From the NCBI GenBank assembly GCA_963668645.2, contig CAXXWC010000013.1:96001-160000 (forward strand): a stretch of DNA of 64,000 bases. The letters run 5' to 3'. Below, in pieces: positions 21,551 to 30,658 of the stretch. The notes below the pieces were generated by a model. The model saw nothing but the letters and a program-made list of their open reading frames with translations. It searched no databases and was not told the DNA's origin. Position 1 is the stretch's first letter, and the number at the start of each line of letters is the position of its first letter. The stretch is from Desulfobacterales bacterium (GTDB taxonomy: Bacteria; Desulfobacterota; Desulfobacteria; Desulfobacterales; UBA2174). The position numbers and the translations under genes were made by a program.

Positions 21551-21579
21551 ATAATAACGCAATGCGATAATAACGTCAA
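21551..21579 (-). promoter_or_regulatory. sigma70 promoter and operator of higBA
   Basis: TTGACG-17-TATTAT, 7 nt before the ATG; imperfect palindrome TAACGCAATGCGATA in the spacer. Confidence 0.7.
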
Positions 21580-21864
21580 GCATTATGTATGAAATTGGTT
21601 TGATTCTGGTCGGTTATAAGGTGGCGCATCGGCTGCAAACGAGGCGCGACCCGGCACGCTGCCGGAGGATATCCCGCGCAGAACTCACCCCGCTGAAGGA
21701 CCGAACGCAAAACAGGCAAGGAGCCTCCATGAGCTGGCATTACACGACGAGACCGCCCGGTGGATTGTCGATTTCCCAAAACTTTGCAATTTGAATTACC
21801 GTAAGCGTTCGGCAAACCGCACCCCAACCGCCCGATAAGCCTGGTTTCGCGTTCCGTCTGAAGT

Positions 21865-23409
21865 CTATTGAGAGCGGTTGTAGGGGAGCAGCTTGCGGTA
21901 ATCTTCTTCGGTTTTTGCCAGCGGCAGGTTTTCGAACAGGTAGGTCAGATAATCGTACACCTTCCAGCCATTGGCCTTGGCGGTTTCGATCAGACTGTAA
22001 TACACGGCGGCGGCACGAGCGCCGTCCGGGTTGCCGGCGAACAGCCAATTTTTTCTGCCTAGCACAAACGGTCGGATCGCATTTTCCGCCAGGTTATTGT
22101 CCGGCCGCAACCGGCCATCCTCAAGATAGCCGACCAGGCGCTGCCAATTGTTGAGCGTGTAAAGAATAGCCTTGCCGAGCAGCCCTTTGGGAGGCGTCGC
22201 CAAGGTTTTCGCGTCCATCCAGGCCTTGAACTCGTCGAGAACCGGTTTGGCTTCCCGCTGGCGCAGATCGCGGATGGCATCCGAATCCAGCCCGGCTTCA
22301 CGTGCCTTCTTTTCCACGGCGTACAGCCGGCCGATATACTCCAGGGCCTGCTCAGCGCTGCCTTTGCGTTTGGCTCCTCCACGGGCCTTGATGACTTCGT
22401 CGAACTTGCGCCGGGCATGTGACCAGCAGCCTAACAACACCACGCCTTCTTGCCTGCCCAATGCGTCATACCCGCTGTAGGCATCGCATTGCACATAGCC
22501 TTGGTATCCACTCAGATAGTCAAGCGGGATTTGCCCCGAACGGCTCGGATGATATTCGAACACCAATACCGGCCGGTCCGGCTGCCCTCCTCGAAACAGC
22601 CACATATAGGATTTGCTGGTGTCGGCCTTGCCCGGTTCTTTCATCACCTGAACCGTGGTCTCATCAACGTTCACCACCGGGCCGGATCGGATTTCCTGAC
22701 CCATCAGGTCCATTAGCGGCCGGGCCAAGTCGGCCACCTTGATCAGCCAAGTGCACATGGTCGAACGGGGCAGGTCGATACCAATGCGCAAAAAGATTTT
22801 TTCCTGCCGATACAATGGCAGGGCGTCTTCGAACTTGGAACAGACGATATGGGCTACCAGCGATCCGGTAGCAAACGACTTGGGGATCAGTTGGGGCGGC
22901 ACCGGAGCGATCTTGACGGTCGGGCCATCATCTTCAACCCCATCACAGGTTTTGCAAGCGTATTTGGGGCGAATATGACGTTCGACCACCATCGTTGCAG
23001 GCGTATAACGCAGTTTCTCGCAGACCTCTTCGCCAATCTTGCAAAGCGACTGGCCGCAGACACAAACTTTCTCGGATTCATCCAGATCGTGAATAATGTC
23101 TTCGTGAGGCAGATCGGCCGGCAGTGGCTTGCGGACCGGCTTGCGGCGTGTATGGCCTTCCACTGGCTGCCGGTCTTCGGGTTCATCGATCGCATCCAGT
23201 GGCTCTTCTTCAGATTCTTCGAAAAGAGAAAATTGACGACTGTCGGCAACAGATCTTTTCTCGGACTTTCTACCGAATATTTCGTTCTTCAACAACCGGT
23301 TCACTTCTTCCAAATGTTCAATCCGGCGCTGATATTCATTGAGCAATGAAACGATGATTTGTTTGAGCTGAGCAGGATCATCAGGAAGGTTTTGGACATC
23401 AAAATTCAT
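21865..23409 (-). CDS. tnpC: IS66 transposase TnpC
   Basis: FGRKSEK, zinc-finger C.CG/C..C, VDETTV, CWSHARRKF, DNNLAENAIRP..LGRKNWLF. Confidence 0.95.
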   Translation of the reverse strand: MNFDVQNLPDDPAQLKQIIVSLLNEYQRRIEHLEEVNRLLKNEIFGRKSEKRSVADSRQFSLFEESEEEPLDAIDEPEDRQPVEGHTRRKPVRKPLPADLPHEDIIHDLDESEKVCVCGQSLCKIGEEVCEKLRYTPATMVVERHIRPKYACKTCDGVEDDGPTVKIAPVPPQLIPKSFATGSLVAHIVCSKFEDALPLYRQEKIFLRIGIDLPRSTMCTWLIKVADLARPLMDLMGQEIRSGPVVNVDETTVQVMKEPGKADTSKSYMWLFRGGQPDRPVLVFEYHPSRSGQIPLDYLSGYQGYVQCDAYSGYDALGRQEGVVLLGCWSHARRKFDEVIKARGGAKRKGSAEQALEYIGRLYAVEKKAREAGLDSDAIRDLRQREAKPVLDEFKAWMDAKTLATPPKGLLGKAILYTLNNWQRLVGYLEDGRLRPDNNLAENAIRPFVLGRKNWLFAGNPDGARAAAVYYSLIETAKANGWKVYDYLTYLFENLPLAKTEEDYRKLLPYNRSQ

Positions 23410-23476
23410 GGTAAATTCAATACCGTAAAGCCACAAATTTGGCAATCTTTTTCTCGATTAAAAATAAAAAAATCTT

Positions 23477-23830
23477 TCATACCAGCGTTTCGTAGTGCAG
23501 CTCTTTATGCGCATGCCGCTGGCCAATCTCAAGCCCTTCCAACAGCCAACTCAACTGGCGAAGATCCAGTTCCATGACTTCGTCGGGGCGCTCCGGCCAG
23601 ATGAAAAACTCCTTCTCCAAACGCTTGTGCCAGAGACAAAAACCGTTTCGATCCCAGTACAGGATTTTGATCATGTTCCGGCGCCGATTACAAAAGGCGA
23701 ACAGGTGGCCGGAAAATGGGTCGAACTCAAGTCGATCTTCGACCAGAATCGAAAGCCCATTGATGGCTTTGCGCATGTCAGTGCTGCCGGTCGCCAGGTA
23801 AATGCGGGTATGCGATGGCAAAAACATCAC
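23477..23830 (-). CDS. tnpB: IS66 accessory TnpB
   Basis: TDMRKAINGL, KILYWDRNGFCLWHKRLE. Confidence 0.95.
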   Translation of the reverse strand: MMFLPSHTRIYLATGSTDMRKAINGLSILVEDRLEFDPFSGHLFAFCNRRRNMIKILYWDRNGFCLWHKRLEKEFFIWPERPDEVMELDLRQLSWLLEGLEIGQRHAHKELHYETLV

Positions 23831-24171
23831 AGCCGCTCCAGCACGTGCAACAACTGCCGCAGGGCCACCGGATCAAAGTCACGCTCTACCTCGACACAAT
23901 GGCTGGAGGAAACCACAAGCCGCAGCGGTCGGTGGTCCGTGGTGGTGATGGCCCCGGTCGCCACCGGAGGCAACTGAACCTCGACCAGGGAGATCGCAGT
24001 CGCGTCCGCACCCCGGTACTTTTTTCTCCAGTAGATAAAACAGTGCAGCTTGAGTGAGTGCTGCCGGCAATATTCGCTCTGGTTCCGCCCGCTTCGTTTC
24101 CATCGCTCAACGTGCTGTCGCCAAAACCGCCGCTTGACCTCCAGAGCCTCTGCTCGTTGCTTCCGTGTCAC
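23827..24171 (-). CDS. tnpA: IS66 accessory TnpA
   Basis: W..HV..W..SG.NQ..YCRQH....F.YW. Confidence 0.88.
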   Translation of the reverse strand: MTRKQRAEALEVKRRFWRQHVERWKRSGRNQSEYCRQHSLKLHCFIYWRKKYRGADATAISLVEVQLPPVATGAITTTDHRPLRLVVSSSHCVEVERDFDPVALRQLLHVLERL

Positions 24172-24644
24172 GATGATGCCTCCTTGGCTGAAATAGTCTA
24201 CGGCCTACGGAGTCAACCTGTGACAAATTTCCAAGCGCTTGAGAAGATGCGGTTGCCCGGACGCTTACGAATTACCGTGTGCTTATGTGCAATGAGATCC
24301 TCGCGAAAACTGCCAACATACTGAAAGCGCATAAAATCAAAGCTCCGCAACAGGTCTTATTCACTGGAAAATCAGTCCTAAAAAGCGGTGAAAATTGTAG
24401 GCACATGCTGAATATCGTTCATTGTCGGGAATGCCCTTGGGTTAAGGAGTTGTGGCAATTCCATGTTGCTACGTTTCCCAAACCCAGGTTAGGAGGGCGG
24501 AGAGTTGGAGAGTAACTCCGCCCCTTATCCAAGTTAAATTGCCCTTTTTAGAGCCAAAAACGCGAATATTGAGTTGTTTTAGGGCCAATTTTTTCTCTAA
24601 CCTTATTGATTTATGATTCTTTTCATGGTCCGACCCCATGATCT

Positions 24645-24951
24645 CGGCTGTGAGCCAAGCCTGCCCCGGACCCGATCCGGGGAACAGAAACATCATACAA
24701 GGCCCAGTCTCCGGGTAAGCCATCACAACATGACAAAGCCCCGGGTTCAGGAGATAGGGTAAACCAACCAGTAGCCGAAGGATCAGGGACTGGTACCTGT
24801 CAAAGAACTGTGGGTGAAAATCCACTACCTGGCTACGGTCCGGTAAGTTTTCGCGAACCGCCTAGTGCACGCCCATCGGAAGTGCCCTTGGGGGAGACCC
24901 GCATGCTATGTGATGTGGGGAGGGGGAAAGAGAAACTCCCCCTTACCCGAT
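24645..24951 (+). mobile_element. internally deleted group IIC intron remnant (domain I piece fused to IEP C-terminus and domains V-VI)
   Basis: TNQ*PKDQGLVPVKELWVKIHYLATVR*, then GAACCGCC...GACCCGCATGC and ...CCCCTTACCCGAT. Confidence 0.8.
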
Positions 24952-24959
24952 TATGTGTT

Positions 24960-25583
24960 TTATTTTACTTTTCCATCTTTATCGAATGCGATGGTTTTGC
25001 CTCTTTTGTAAAGAAAACCATCTATCTGATAATCTTCAGCCAATTTGCAGCTTTTAATATTACCATTTTCATAAAGATTGACATTAGTCAAAAGGCTGGC
25101 CTCACAGGGGACTCCTCCAACAATTACATCTTCAGGCGGAAAGAAACTTCTCAGTTTACCACTCTTATAAAATCCGGTATGAGTCCCTTTGTAACCCCCA
25201 CTACCTCCACAGACATATCCCTGCACTTCATAATCGTGGAGAAAAGAAAATACATATCCAGATCGATTAGCATCATAAGGAAAATGAACCCAGGTATGAA
25301 CAGGAACAAGAGTACCATTATATATAAAATCTTCACATAACTGACAAGATAGCAATCGCCAATCTTTCTTAAAATGTATCCAACCTTTTTCACAAGGAAA
25401 ACCTTGAATAGTATGGTTATCAGTCATAAAGCCAGTGTTTGTTCCACCCTTAGATTGATATATCTTTTTGAAATTGATACCGTTTTCCTCAACATCATAT
25501 ACCCATTTTTTGCACCCAATAAAACTGAGATTAATCATAAGAAATAAGATTAGCAGTAGTATCTTTTTGTTTCTTTTTTTCAT
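24960..25583 (-). CDS. putative lipoprotein with MORN/YwqK-like repeats (cassette)
   Basis: Basic-hydrophobic signal ending FIGC; FYKSGKLRS, LYENGNIKS repeats. Confidence 0.7.
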   Translation of the reverse strand: MKKRNKKILLLILFLMINLSFIGCKKWVYDVEENGINFKKIYQSKGGTNTGFMTDNHTIQGFPCEKGWIHFKKDWRLLSCQLCEDFIYNGTLVPVHTWVHFPYDANRSGYVFSFLHDYEVQGYVCGGSGGYKGTHTGFYKSGKLRSFFPPEDVIVGGVPCEASLLTNVNLYENGNIKSCKLAEDYQIDGFLYKRGKTIAFDKDGKVK

Positions 25584-25631
25584 AATATTAGACCAATCAC
25601 TTGAATGCTTAATATATTGAATGTTGATAAG

Positions 25632-25691
25632 TTTGAACGTTGCTAATCAGCCGCGCGGCTTTTTGCGTCGGCTGAATTAGCCTTGTTAGGC
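25632..25691 (-). other. attC site
   Basis: GCCTAAC-AAGG-CTAATTCAGCCG...CGGCTGATTAG-CAAC-GTTCAAA. Confidence 0.85.
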
Positions 25692-25701
25692 GACAACCGT
25701 T

Positions 25702-26529
25702 TCATTTCCCACCTATGCCAATTGCCCAAATGATGAACGCAATTATCACTCCTGTGACGATAGCAAGAGAGGCTTTAAATATTTCCATCTTGATTTCGCC
25801 TGGAACCCTCTTGGATGAGTGAGCCTCAGTTTGTCTCTGACCTGGTAGAAAAGCTCCACGGACCAAGAATAAAAACATCATCACCGCCATGAATACGGTC
25901 GGTATTAATGGCCATATAGCATCAAATCGATACTTGGCGTGGACATCTCCTTCGCGTTCGAACAAGAAAGTTACTCTTGGACCTTGGAACCAGCCTGAAG
26001 GTTTTTGAGAACTAACCTTTGAACTAGGCACCCACGCTTCGAACTCTGCTAGCGACCAACTCTTTGTGTGATTTGTCCATATGTGCTTTAGTTGTGTCCC
26101 TGATATTAGTTCCCCAATCTTGTCTGAGTTGGTTCGAATTCTTACGTTCTCCTTGGGCAACTTCACTGTCAAGACACCTTCAATGTTTTTGGTCGATTCC
26201 CGCCAGATCCAAACATAGCCTTGGACTAGAGTATAGTTACCCTCGATTAGGACTTTACGCATAGCGAAATTTTTATCGAGCCAGCCTATCTTAACCTTCC
26301 CTTCAGGATCGCTAAAGAGATTCACTTTAGATTCGGAGTAAATGGGAGGCATATTAGGATCAGCTTCAACGAGCATTTGATTAGTCCCTACTGGCTCGTA
26401 GAAGAATCCGCCAATGAACGAAGTTAAAGCATATATTGATAATACTGTGAGGATCGCCAATGCAATCCAAGCTATTGCTCTAAAGATAGAAGGCTTAGAA
26501 CCAATAAAATATTTCTGGCTACCACTCAT
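25702..26529 (-). CDS. hypothetical membrane protein (cassette)
   Basis: 275-aa ORF with N-terminal and two C-terminal hydrophobic segments, GGAGG RBS, bounded by GTTAGGC/GCCTAAC. Confidence 0.75.
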   Translation of the reverse strand: MSGSQKYFIGSKPSIFRAIAWIALAILTVLSIYALTSFIGGFFYEPVGTNQMLVEADPNMPPIYSESKVNLFSDPEGKVKIGWLDKNFAMRKVLIEGNYTLVQGYVWIWRESTKNIEGVLTVKLPKENVRIRTNSDKIGELISGTQLKHIWTNHTKSWSLAEFEAWVPSSKVSSQKPSGWFQGPRVTFLFEREGDVHAKYRFDAIWPLIPTVFMAVMMFLFLVRGAFLPGQRQTEAHSSKRVPGEIKMEIFKASLAIVTGVIIAFIIWAIGIGGK

Positions 26530-26552
26530 TTTTTCTTACACTACCTCCCATC

Positions 26553-26614
26553 GCCTAACGCCAGGCATAAGGCGCGGCGGCTTTTTGAGGTCGCCCTTAA
26601 TGCCTTTGTTGGCG
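26553..26614 (-). other. attC site
   Basis: CGCCAAC-AAAGG-CATTAAGGGCG...CGCCTTATG-CCTGGC-GTTAGGC. Confidence 0.88.
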
Positions 26615-27484
26615 ATTTTTTACTTCATTATAGGCAATTTTTAAGTTATCAGCCATAGAACGTAGGCCTTTACAGTCATCAGGGTTGCAGTTTTTACAAT
26701 AATCTACACATTCCGTGTAAAGGTGTTCGGTAGAAAATGATTTCACATGTCGCCCGCTAACCTCAGCAACTCTTTTTTTAATGATATTTATTATAGCATT
26801 TGTTAAAAAGTGACCTTTTATTAAATATCTCAATTCACGTTTTTCGGTTTCAATTAATTCTTTAACTTCTAAAATCTCTTCTTCTTGAAAATTAGTCTTT
26901 ATTGACTTTATAAACAAAGCGATTTTATAGGTAGATAATGATACTGATTTATTTGATTTTAGAAATTTCGTACAATTATCTCCAAAAACAGAGACTCCTT
27001 TTTGGCACCTATGATTTGCAATATCGTATATCAATAGATCTCGGCAATTATTTATAAATTCGATAAAATATTGTTCTGCAATTAAATCATACTTTATCAA
27101 TGTTCTTGATAATTTTCTTATAATGTTTGAAATAGAAGATGGGCAATACATTGAATTTTCAATTGAATATCCGTATGGCTGAACAACTTGCTTATTTTCA
27201 AAAATATTCTGACAGAATGGAGAATGATCCCTGTCGCAGGCAACTATGATTGATGCATCCTCATTTATGATTTTTTCTATTTTTTTTAAGAGTTCATTTT
27301 TACAACCAGCGACTTCAATTCTAGCTCCTAACAAACCAGCTTTGTTAGATATTACGTTCCAGAACAATATATCATCGTCGCCTTCAACAAAAATTACTAC
27401 ATCACAATCGTGAAAGTAGTTTAGTACATTTAAGGCTTCTGCAGAGTATTCTGGAACAGAATGAATTTCATTGGAGTCAATCAT
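26597..27484 (-). CDS. DUF4435/TOPRIM-like protein (AriB-like, PARIS)
   Basis: IFVEGDDD, CDRDH, YSIENS, IKGH; ATGA-coupled to the upstream ATPase. Confidence 0.8.
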   Translation of the reverse strand: MIDSNEIHSVPEYSAEALNVLNYFHDCDVVIFVEGDDDILFWNVISNKAGLLGARIEVAGCKNELLKKIEKIINEDASIIVACDRDHSPFCQNIFENKQVVQPYGYSIENSMYCPSSISNIIRKLSRTLIKYDLIAEQYFIEFINNCRDLLIYDIANHRCQKGVSVFGDNCTKFLKSNKSVSLSTYKIALFIKSIKTNFQEEEILEVKELIETEKRELRYLIKGHFLTNAIINIIKKRVAEVSGRHVKSFSTEHLYTECVDYCKNCNPDDCKGLRSMADNLKIAYNEVKNRQQRH

Positions 27485-28761
27485 GATAAAACCTCACTCA
27501 TCTTTATAATATGATCTCTCCATGCACCAGCAATTTCAGGTGAGTGAGTAGCAACAATTATTTGGGAATCCGAATTCAGCACTCGTATGGCTCTTAAAAG
27601 TCTCTTCTGCCAAGAAACATGCAAAGAAAGCTCCGGCTCATCAGCAATAAATACTGAATTTTTCCCCTGTTGCAAAACTGTTTCTGCGAGCAAGATAAAT
27701 AACTGCTTTTCACCAGATGATAGTTGGCCAAAATTGATAGGAACATTATTTTTTAAAATTTCTAAGCCATATTCGGCTTTTGAATTCAATTTAACATTTT
27801 TATCTGGAAAAAAATCGTTTATTGTATTTAGAAAAAGATTTAATAATTCGAACAAGCCTTTTTTCAGAATATCTGTATCATTTGATAGTTCAACAATCCT
27901 TCGTGTTCTTTTTAACAAAGATAAAGGTAGTACATCATTTACCATTAAATTTTCTTGATTTTTGAATTTTTCTGCAATTGTTGATATGGATTTTTTGATG
28001 ATAGAAATATGTTCGTCAACTTTTTTCCTGAGCCCACTTGTCAAAACATTCAACGCTGTATAAGCGTTATATAACTGTTCCTGCAATTCTTGAAAATTCA
28101 CTTCTGGAGCAGAATCAAAATTATAGGTGTCAAATTGATCACTATAAAGTAACGAAATTAAGACTTGTTTTTGAAATTTCGTTGATAGTTCATTTGCTTC
28201 AGATTGAATTTTCAAATGATAATCTCTTAATCGATTTAATAGTGATAATAAACGAGCATCAATTGGATTGGGAAGTCGCATAGGCCTCCTAGTTCTATAT
28301 CCAGGGTATTCAAAATCTTCTTCCTCGATTAACTCACGATAAACTGAGAGCCAAGAGAATTGGACTATAGATGCCATTTTGGTTTTTACTATTTTAAATG
28401 TCTCATAGTATTTAGGGCTGAACCTTCTCCTAAGCTCCGTTTCATTAGGAATCAATGGTAATTTAAATGACTCTCGGCTTATTTTGATATTTACAAAATC
28501 ATACACAGAATCAGATTCTGATTTTGAAACAACTATGGAACGGGTTTTATTATTTTCAGATAATTTTATTCTAATTTCTTTAAAATCAGAAGTCTGCAAA
28601 AGGCCTAAGTCAACAGAAAGAACAGCCTGCAACAAATTAATTAGTGTAGTTTTACCTGACCCATTAGGACCTATGAATATGTTTACATTATCTTTAAAAT
28701 TTGTACTTAGTTTCTGGTTTTTCCAAAACCCATCTATTTCGACACTATTTAATTTATACAT
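27481..28761 (-). CDS. ABC-type AAA_15/AAA_21 ATPase (AriA-like, PARIS)
   Basis: GPNGSGKTT, LSSGEKQ, IADEPELSLHVSWQ, ATHSP. Confidence 0.85.
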   Translation of the reverse strand: MYKLNSVEIDGFWKNQKLSTNFKDNVNIFIGPNGSGKTTLINLLQAVLSVDLGLLQTSDFKEIRIKLSENNKTRSIVVSKSESDSVYDFVNIKISRESFKLPLIPNETELRRRFSPKYYETFKIVKTKMASIVQFSWLSVYRELIEEEDFEYPGYRTRRPMRLPNPIDARLLSLLNRLRDYHLKIQSEANELSTKFQKQVLISLLYSDQFDTYNFDSAPEVNFQELQEQLYNAYTALNVLTSGLRKKVDEHISIIKKSISTIAEKFKNQENLMVNDVLPLSLLKRTRRIVELSNDTDILKKGLFELLNLFLNTINDFFPDKNVKLNSKAEYGLEILKNNVPINFGQLSSGEKQLFILLAETVLQQGKNSVFIADEPELSLHVSWQKRLLRAIRVLNSDSQIIVATHSPEIAGAWRDHIIKMSEVLS

Positions 28762-28783
28762 ATAAAGTTCCTCTCATTCGCCT

Positions 28784-28909
28784 CGCCAACGCTCCGCTTC
28801 ACAGGCCACAAAAGGAATGCGGACGATGGGCGGAGTGCGTTGAATGGTGAACCTGTTGTTGCCAAGACCGCCCGCCTTTTGTGGTCCTTTGTGCAAGCGA
28901 TTGTTGGGC
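28784..28909 (-). other. attC site (long)
   Basis: GCCCAAC-AATCG-CTTGCAC...GTGAAG-CGGAGC-GTTGGCG with inner CCACAAAAGG/CCTTTTGTGG arms. Confidence 0.85.
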
Positions 28910-28964
28910 CGGTTTTCAATTTTTATAACCCACTATAGTATATAAAAATCCAGTCTTAATCCTT

Positions 28965-29074
28965 GACAAGCTCGTAAAAAGTCCAAAAAATGCCATTTTT
29001 CTAATTTTGGACTTAATGATTTCAATGTGTTACAGCGATGAAAATTTCAAAATCCGACTTTTTACGAACGAGTC
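28965..29074. mobile_element. MITE, 110 bp
   Basis: IRs GAC..GCTCGTAAAAAGTC / GACTTTTTACGAAC..GTC; 6-bp TSD ATCCTT at 28959-28964 and 29075-29080. Confidence 0.75.
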
Positions 29075-29087
29075 ATCCTTCAACAAC

Positions 29088-30557
29088 TTAGCCCAAAATA
29101 TAATCAGAGAGTTTTTCCTGCTCGGAAATCATGTCTTTTATTACTGTCATTCGCGATTTTAAATATGACGGTTTTATTTTTGTTTCTTCAATATCCCAAT
29201 TTAAAATTCGAACAATAATTCTTTCAAGAACATAATTTAGATGTTCTTTAGCTACAATGAGTGGTCCAAACAGACTATTTGGCAAAGGATCACCATGAAT
29301 TAGCTTGTTTCTTATATCTACAAGCCCTACAAGCTTAGAATCACCAAAAACAGGCCATAAATCCGATAAGTTGATTGAAAAATTTTTGCAGAATATATCA
29401 AACGATTCACGAAGCGAGATCCGATTTAGCTCATCAAGTTTACGATACATGGATGCTCTTTGGTCGGCATCTAATTTGGGGGCAGTTGAATCTTTTATGC
29501 ACTTTTGAAGATATTTCTTTAAAGTCGACCATTTATCATTTTCTAATACAAATTCAAGAGAATCACTCCTTCTAAAGTCTAAAAGTAGAGTCTCCAGACC
29601 GGCAAATTTTTTAAGAAATGAAGTTTCTAACGTTTGTGAACTCTTTGTAAATACAGAATAGAGGGCATTGCGAAGAGCCAATTTGTTGTTGTATTTTAAA
29701 AACGCTGTGTAACTTACTTGCATAAAGCGTTCAAAGTCACGAAATTCAACAACCCCACCATCAATGTCATGTCCCTCAACAGTTTCGGGAAATACATAAT
29801 TGCCACGATAGAACATCGCGTGTGAACTCTTGTCGCTTGCAGACCACCCCAAGCATGCTGTCCGTTGTCGTGAAACCATTGATGCAATTAACAGGAAATC
29901 ATCAACAATAGGCAATATTTCTGTTTTTATGGTATTTACATCATCTGCTGGGATTTCAAGCTCAACACATGCCACTAAAAAGGACCATTGTATAAAATCG
30001 CCATTATCAGTGTTTTTTGATCGAAAGTGCTTGTCAAACACGAGGTTGATTTTATTATTCAGCTCGAAACTTACAGTATTTACACGTTTATATTCGAGAT
30101 CTCCAGTGTACGAACTGGTTGATGACATGGAAGGTGTCAGAAATGCATTCGGACTAATCCACAATTCAAGATCCGTATGTTTGATATCATCAATATCCTT
30201 ATAATGATGTATGACATGAAGGTCTTGAGGCTCCCCTGGAACGGTACTATCTGAAATACCATTTCCCCAGTATTTAGTAGAGCTTCCCGAAAAATAAACT
30301 TTAGGTGTTTCTATTGTGAGCTCTTTACTCTTATCAAAACCATAAGCAATGGCGGACATACTCCCCTTATGAGATGCCATTATTTTTTTCGCATTTTCAT
30401 CGGTAGGCTTAAGTATAATATATGGTTTTTCTTGAATACGTTCAGGTAAAAATATCTTGCACGGTACGTCCGTGATTTCAAAGCCATCAACTATTACTGT
30501 GGCTCTTACGAGGTGATTTTCTTCACGCTCCAACTTTTTTCTAAAATTGCCTTTCAA
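29088..30557 (-). CDS. ApeA-like protein with C-terminal HEPN (cassette)
   Basis: FAGLETL helix and RNKLIHG (Rx4H) motif near the C-terminus; TTG start after AAAGGA. Confidence 0.7.
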   Translation of the reverse strand: MKGNFRKKLEREENHLVRATVIVDGFEITDVPCKIFLPERIQEKPYIILKPTDENAKKIMASHKGSMSAIAYGFDKSKELTIETPKVYFSGSSTKYWGNGISDSTVPGEPQDLHVIHHYKDIDDIKHTDLELWISPNAFLTPSMSSTSSYTGDLEYKRVNTVSFELNNKINLVFDKHFRSKNTDNGDFIQWSFLVACVELEIPADDVNTIKTEILPIVDDFLLIASMVSRQRTACLGWSASDKSSHAMFYRGNYVFPETVEGHDIDGGVVEFRDFERFMQVSYTAFLKYNNKLALRNALYSVFTKSSQTLETSFLKKFAGLETLLLDFRRSDSLEFVLENDKWSTLKKYLQKCIKDSTAPKLDADQRASMYRKLDELNRISLRESFDIFCKNFSINLSDLWPVFGDSKLVGLVDIRNKLIHGDPLPNSLFGPLIVAKEHLNYVLERIIVRILNWDIEETKIKPSYLKSRMTVIKDMISEQEKLSDYILG

Positions 30558-30599
30558 AGTATTCCTTTATGCTGTCTCTATTATTATGATTCGGTTCTT

Positions 30600-30658
30600 G
30601 CCCAACGAAAAGCTCACCGGCACGGCTTTTGGCGTCCGGTGAAGCGCCATGTTATGCA
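30600..30658 (-). other. attC site
   Basis: GCATAAC-ATGGC-GCTTCACCGG...CCGGTGAGC-TTTTC-GTTGGGC. Confidence 0.9.

Larger units (their letters stand above)
21801..24268 (-). mobile_element. IS66 family insertion sequence
   Basis: IRs GTAAGCGTTCGGCAAACCGCA / GTAAGCGTCCGGGCAACCGCA; 8-bp TSD GAATTACC at 21793-21800 and 24269-24276. Confidence 0.95.

Noticed and set aside
21585..24515. ORF interrupted by IS66, faintly like an IS1634 transposase C-terminus
   Set aside because: Resemblance weak and unverifiable without a search
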